Assembly (NCBI RefSeq): GCF_018977255.1
Contig: NW_024704755.1
Coordinates: forward strand, 11,036,001-11,100,000
Reading direction: 5' to 3'
DNA from: Callorhinchus milii
Taxonomy: Eukaryota
DNA: 64,000 bases
Position numbers and translations under genes: made by a program. Below the pieces are notes generated by a model. The model had not been told where the DNA came from, did not search any database, and was given only the letters and a program-made list of their open reading frames with translations. Of the stretch, positions 62,280 to 64,000 are shown in pieces. Within the stretch, counting starts at the first letter, position 1, and each line of letters opens with the position of its first letter.

Positions 62280-62445
62280 AATAATCATCCTTGCATTTTT
62301 GCAGCACCTTTCATACAGGGAGGGCATCTCAAAGCTCTTTGCAGGATTTACTGTAAAAATATTTTTTCGTAAAAAAGTGTTGTGAGTGTGTATTTTGTAG
62401 GCCAACATGGCAACCAGTTTGCACCCTGCAAAGTCCCACAAGCAG
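62280..62445 (-). mobile_element. SINE 3' fragment
   Basis: ATAATCATCCTTGCATTT...GCATCTCAAAGCTCTT...GTCCCACAAGCAG. Confidence 0.6.
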
Positions 62446-62659
62446 AACAAAGTGAACTTCTCAATCTACGCACACTCATGTACATCCTTCCCAGATATAA
62501 GGAAGGACGTGAATGTTATTCAACCCATCAAGCTCATTATTCCCTAATCAAACCTCGTATAGTTTTACCTTACTGCACCCGGTGAATCTCCCAAGGTGAA
62601 GCTCTGCATATAGACTATACTGCGCAATCAGATTCATACTGTAGTTCCATTTCACGATT

Positions 62660-63135
62660 GCTGTAGCTCAGGCACCTCGCCTAGTGACCGTTCCTCATGT
62701 ACGAACCCAGACAATCCATGTGAGCAAGCCACAGAAGAACATCCACTAGAAGCTGGGGAAGTCTATCAAATCTCAACCAGTTTACAATGGAGCGTGATTA
62801 TCCCCATTGTGGGTTCACTGATGACATGATGGTATCATAGCTGCAGGCCGGTCTGTGCACTCCGGTCAACTGTGGGTCCACAGGGTACCTTGCTTTTGAA
62901 GTGAACCAACCTTATAATAGCTTCTGCTGTATTCATCTGTGCTGGGCATCACAGTCAAGCCCAGCCCTGTCCACTCATGAGCACTGTCCAGGATAGGTAA
63001 CTCAACAGCTATCAGGAGCTAGAGCTCTGCCTGGCTTTCCCCGACAGTCAGGAGAAGTGCACCAATTATAGTATTTGGTTGTTTCTCTGCTTTAAATCTG
63101 CTAACTCATCACAAACCTGGATTGAAAACCTACAG
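62660..63135 (-). mobile_element. Old SINE remnant (AmnSINE2/Nin-domain-like from memory), interrupted at about 62725-62940
   Basis: Motifs CACCTCGCCTAGTGACCGTTCCTCATGT, GGGCATCACAGTCAAGCCCAGCCCTGTCC, GCTATCAGGAGC and CCAATTATAG in recalled consensus order. Confidence 0.4.
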
Positions 63136-64000
63136 ATTTTGGAACTCTATGGCCTTGTGCTATAATTCATCTAATTTTGGTTGTTGAAGGCCTATTCATT
63201 TGTAAACATGTACATTGTGAAACAATCTGCTTCTGTCTGCATCACCAGCAGTGCTATAAAATCTGGATCACATCTCCCTCGAACATCTTTCTTCAACTCA
63301 ACTTCACAAATCTATCTTCAGTACTGTTACCAGTGTTCTCTGAACTCCCCAATACATCAACGTTCATTTAAAGGCACGCATATTCACAGGACATCACATA
63401 AATTTAGAATAATTTATTTCAATTTACGGTTAAAGGGCCTCAAGGCAAAATGTAGTATTTGATTCACTTTATTGACAATAATTTCTACCATTTTTCTCCA
63501 ACGTCTCCTACCCTTTTGTAAATATTTTCATTATATTGTCAATTTGAGGTGATTTATAATTGCCATTAAGCACTTTTCACACCTTAAAACATTAGCAGCA
63601 TGTGGTAGTAATAACAAGAGGTAAAATAAAACTCCTATCAAGTGTTGGTTTGTAGTGCACAGGGAATAATTAAATTAAAATGACGTAAAGACAATAGTGT
63701 GAGTGTGGAAAATATCACGTTAAAATATTATAATAGGTGACATTTGACAATATTGCATTATTCAATCAGTATATTAATGGGCCTTTATTTACCTTTGGAA
63801 ATAAGAGCAGATACTAAGTGGGTTCCACTATATCATATATTTTAATTGATTATTATTTTAGATTGTGGTATTATGGTTTGGACAATTTAATACCTCTCAT
63901 GTTTTTACATGAAGCAAGCTGCACCTCTCTCTTGAGATTCTTGTCTGCAATCTTGAAAATCGCATTAGCAAGGATTAAAGTTAAAAAATTAACGACCAGT

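Noticed and set aside
34400-64000. Exons of the expected downstream neighbour (mmp2 by synteny)
   Set aside because: No metalloproteinase, fibronectin-II or hemopexin motifs were seen in the ORF track or by eye; very short exons cannot be excluded.

Overview
This is AT-rich vertebrate genomic DNA. The SINE/LINE repertoire (tRNA-Ala SINE with an L2-type tail, Deu-domain SINEs, L2, CR1, a Penelope-type palindrome) suggests a cartilaginous fish, probably a chimaera such as Callorhinchus; this is inference. One protein-coding gene is supported: the Iroquois TALE-homeobox gene irx6 on the + strand. Its coding exons are 29016-29060 (alternative in-frame ATG at 28995), 30120-30380, 30567-30676, 30933-31234, 31725-32312 and 33593-33669, giving about 460 aa with a homeodomain, acidic tract and IRO box, and AATAAA at 34311. 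The gene lies in a CpG-rich, microsatellite-rich domain of about 13.6 kb with no recognisable transposons. The flanks are gene desert with many SINE/LINE fragments, four nested insertions, an unnamed dispersed repeat and several motif-dense enhancer candidates. The most notable signals are: a 171-bp near-perfect palindrome whose arms each carry a degenerate hammerhead-ribozyme core (14231-14401); a weak exon-5 donor followed by an 11x YCAY cluster, allowing three possible C-termini; and a Pbx-Hox plus Meis composite site upstream of irx6. Almost all other ORFs in the track are spurious or retroposon remnants. Repeat boundaries are approximate and family names come from recognition, not from a search.
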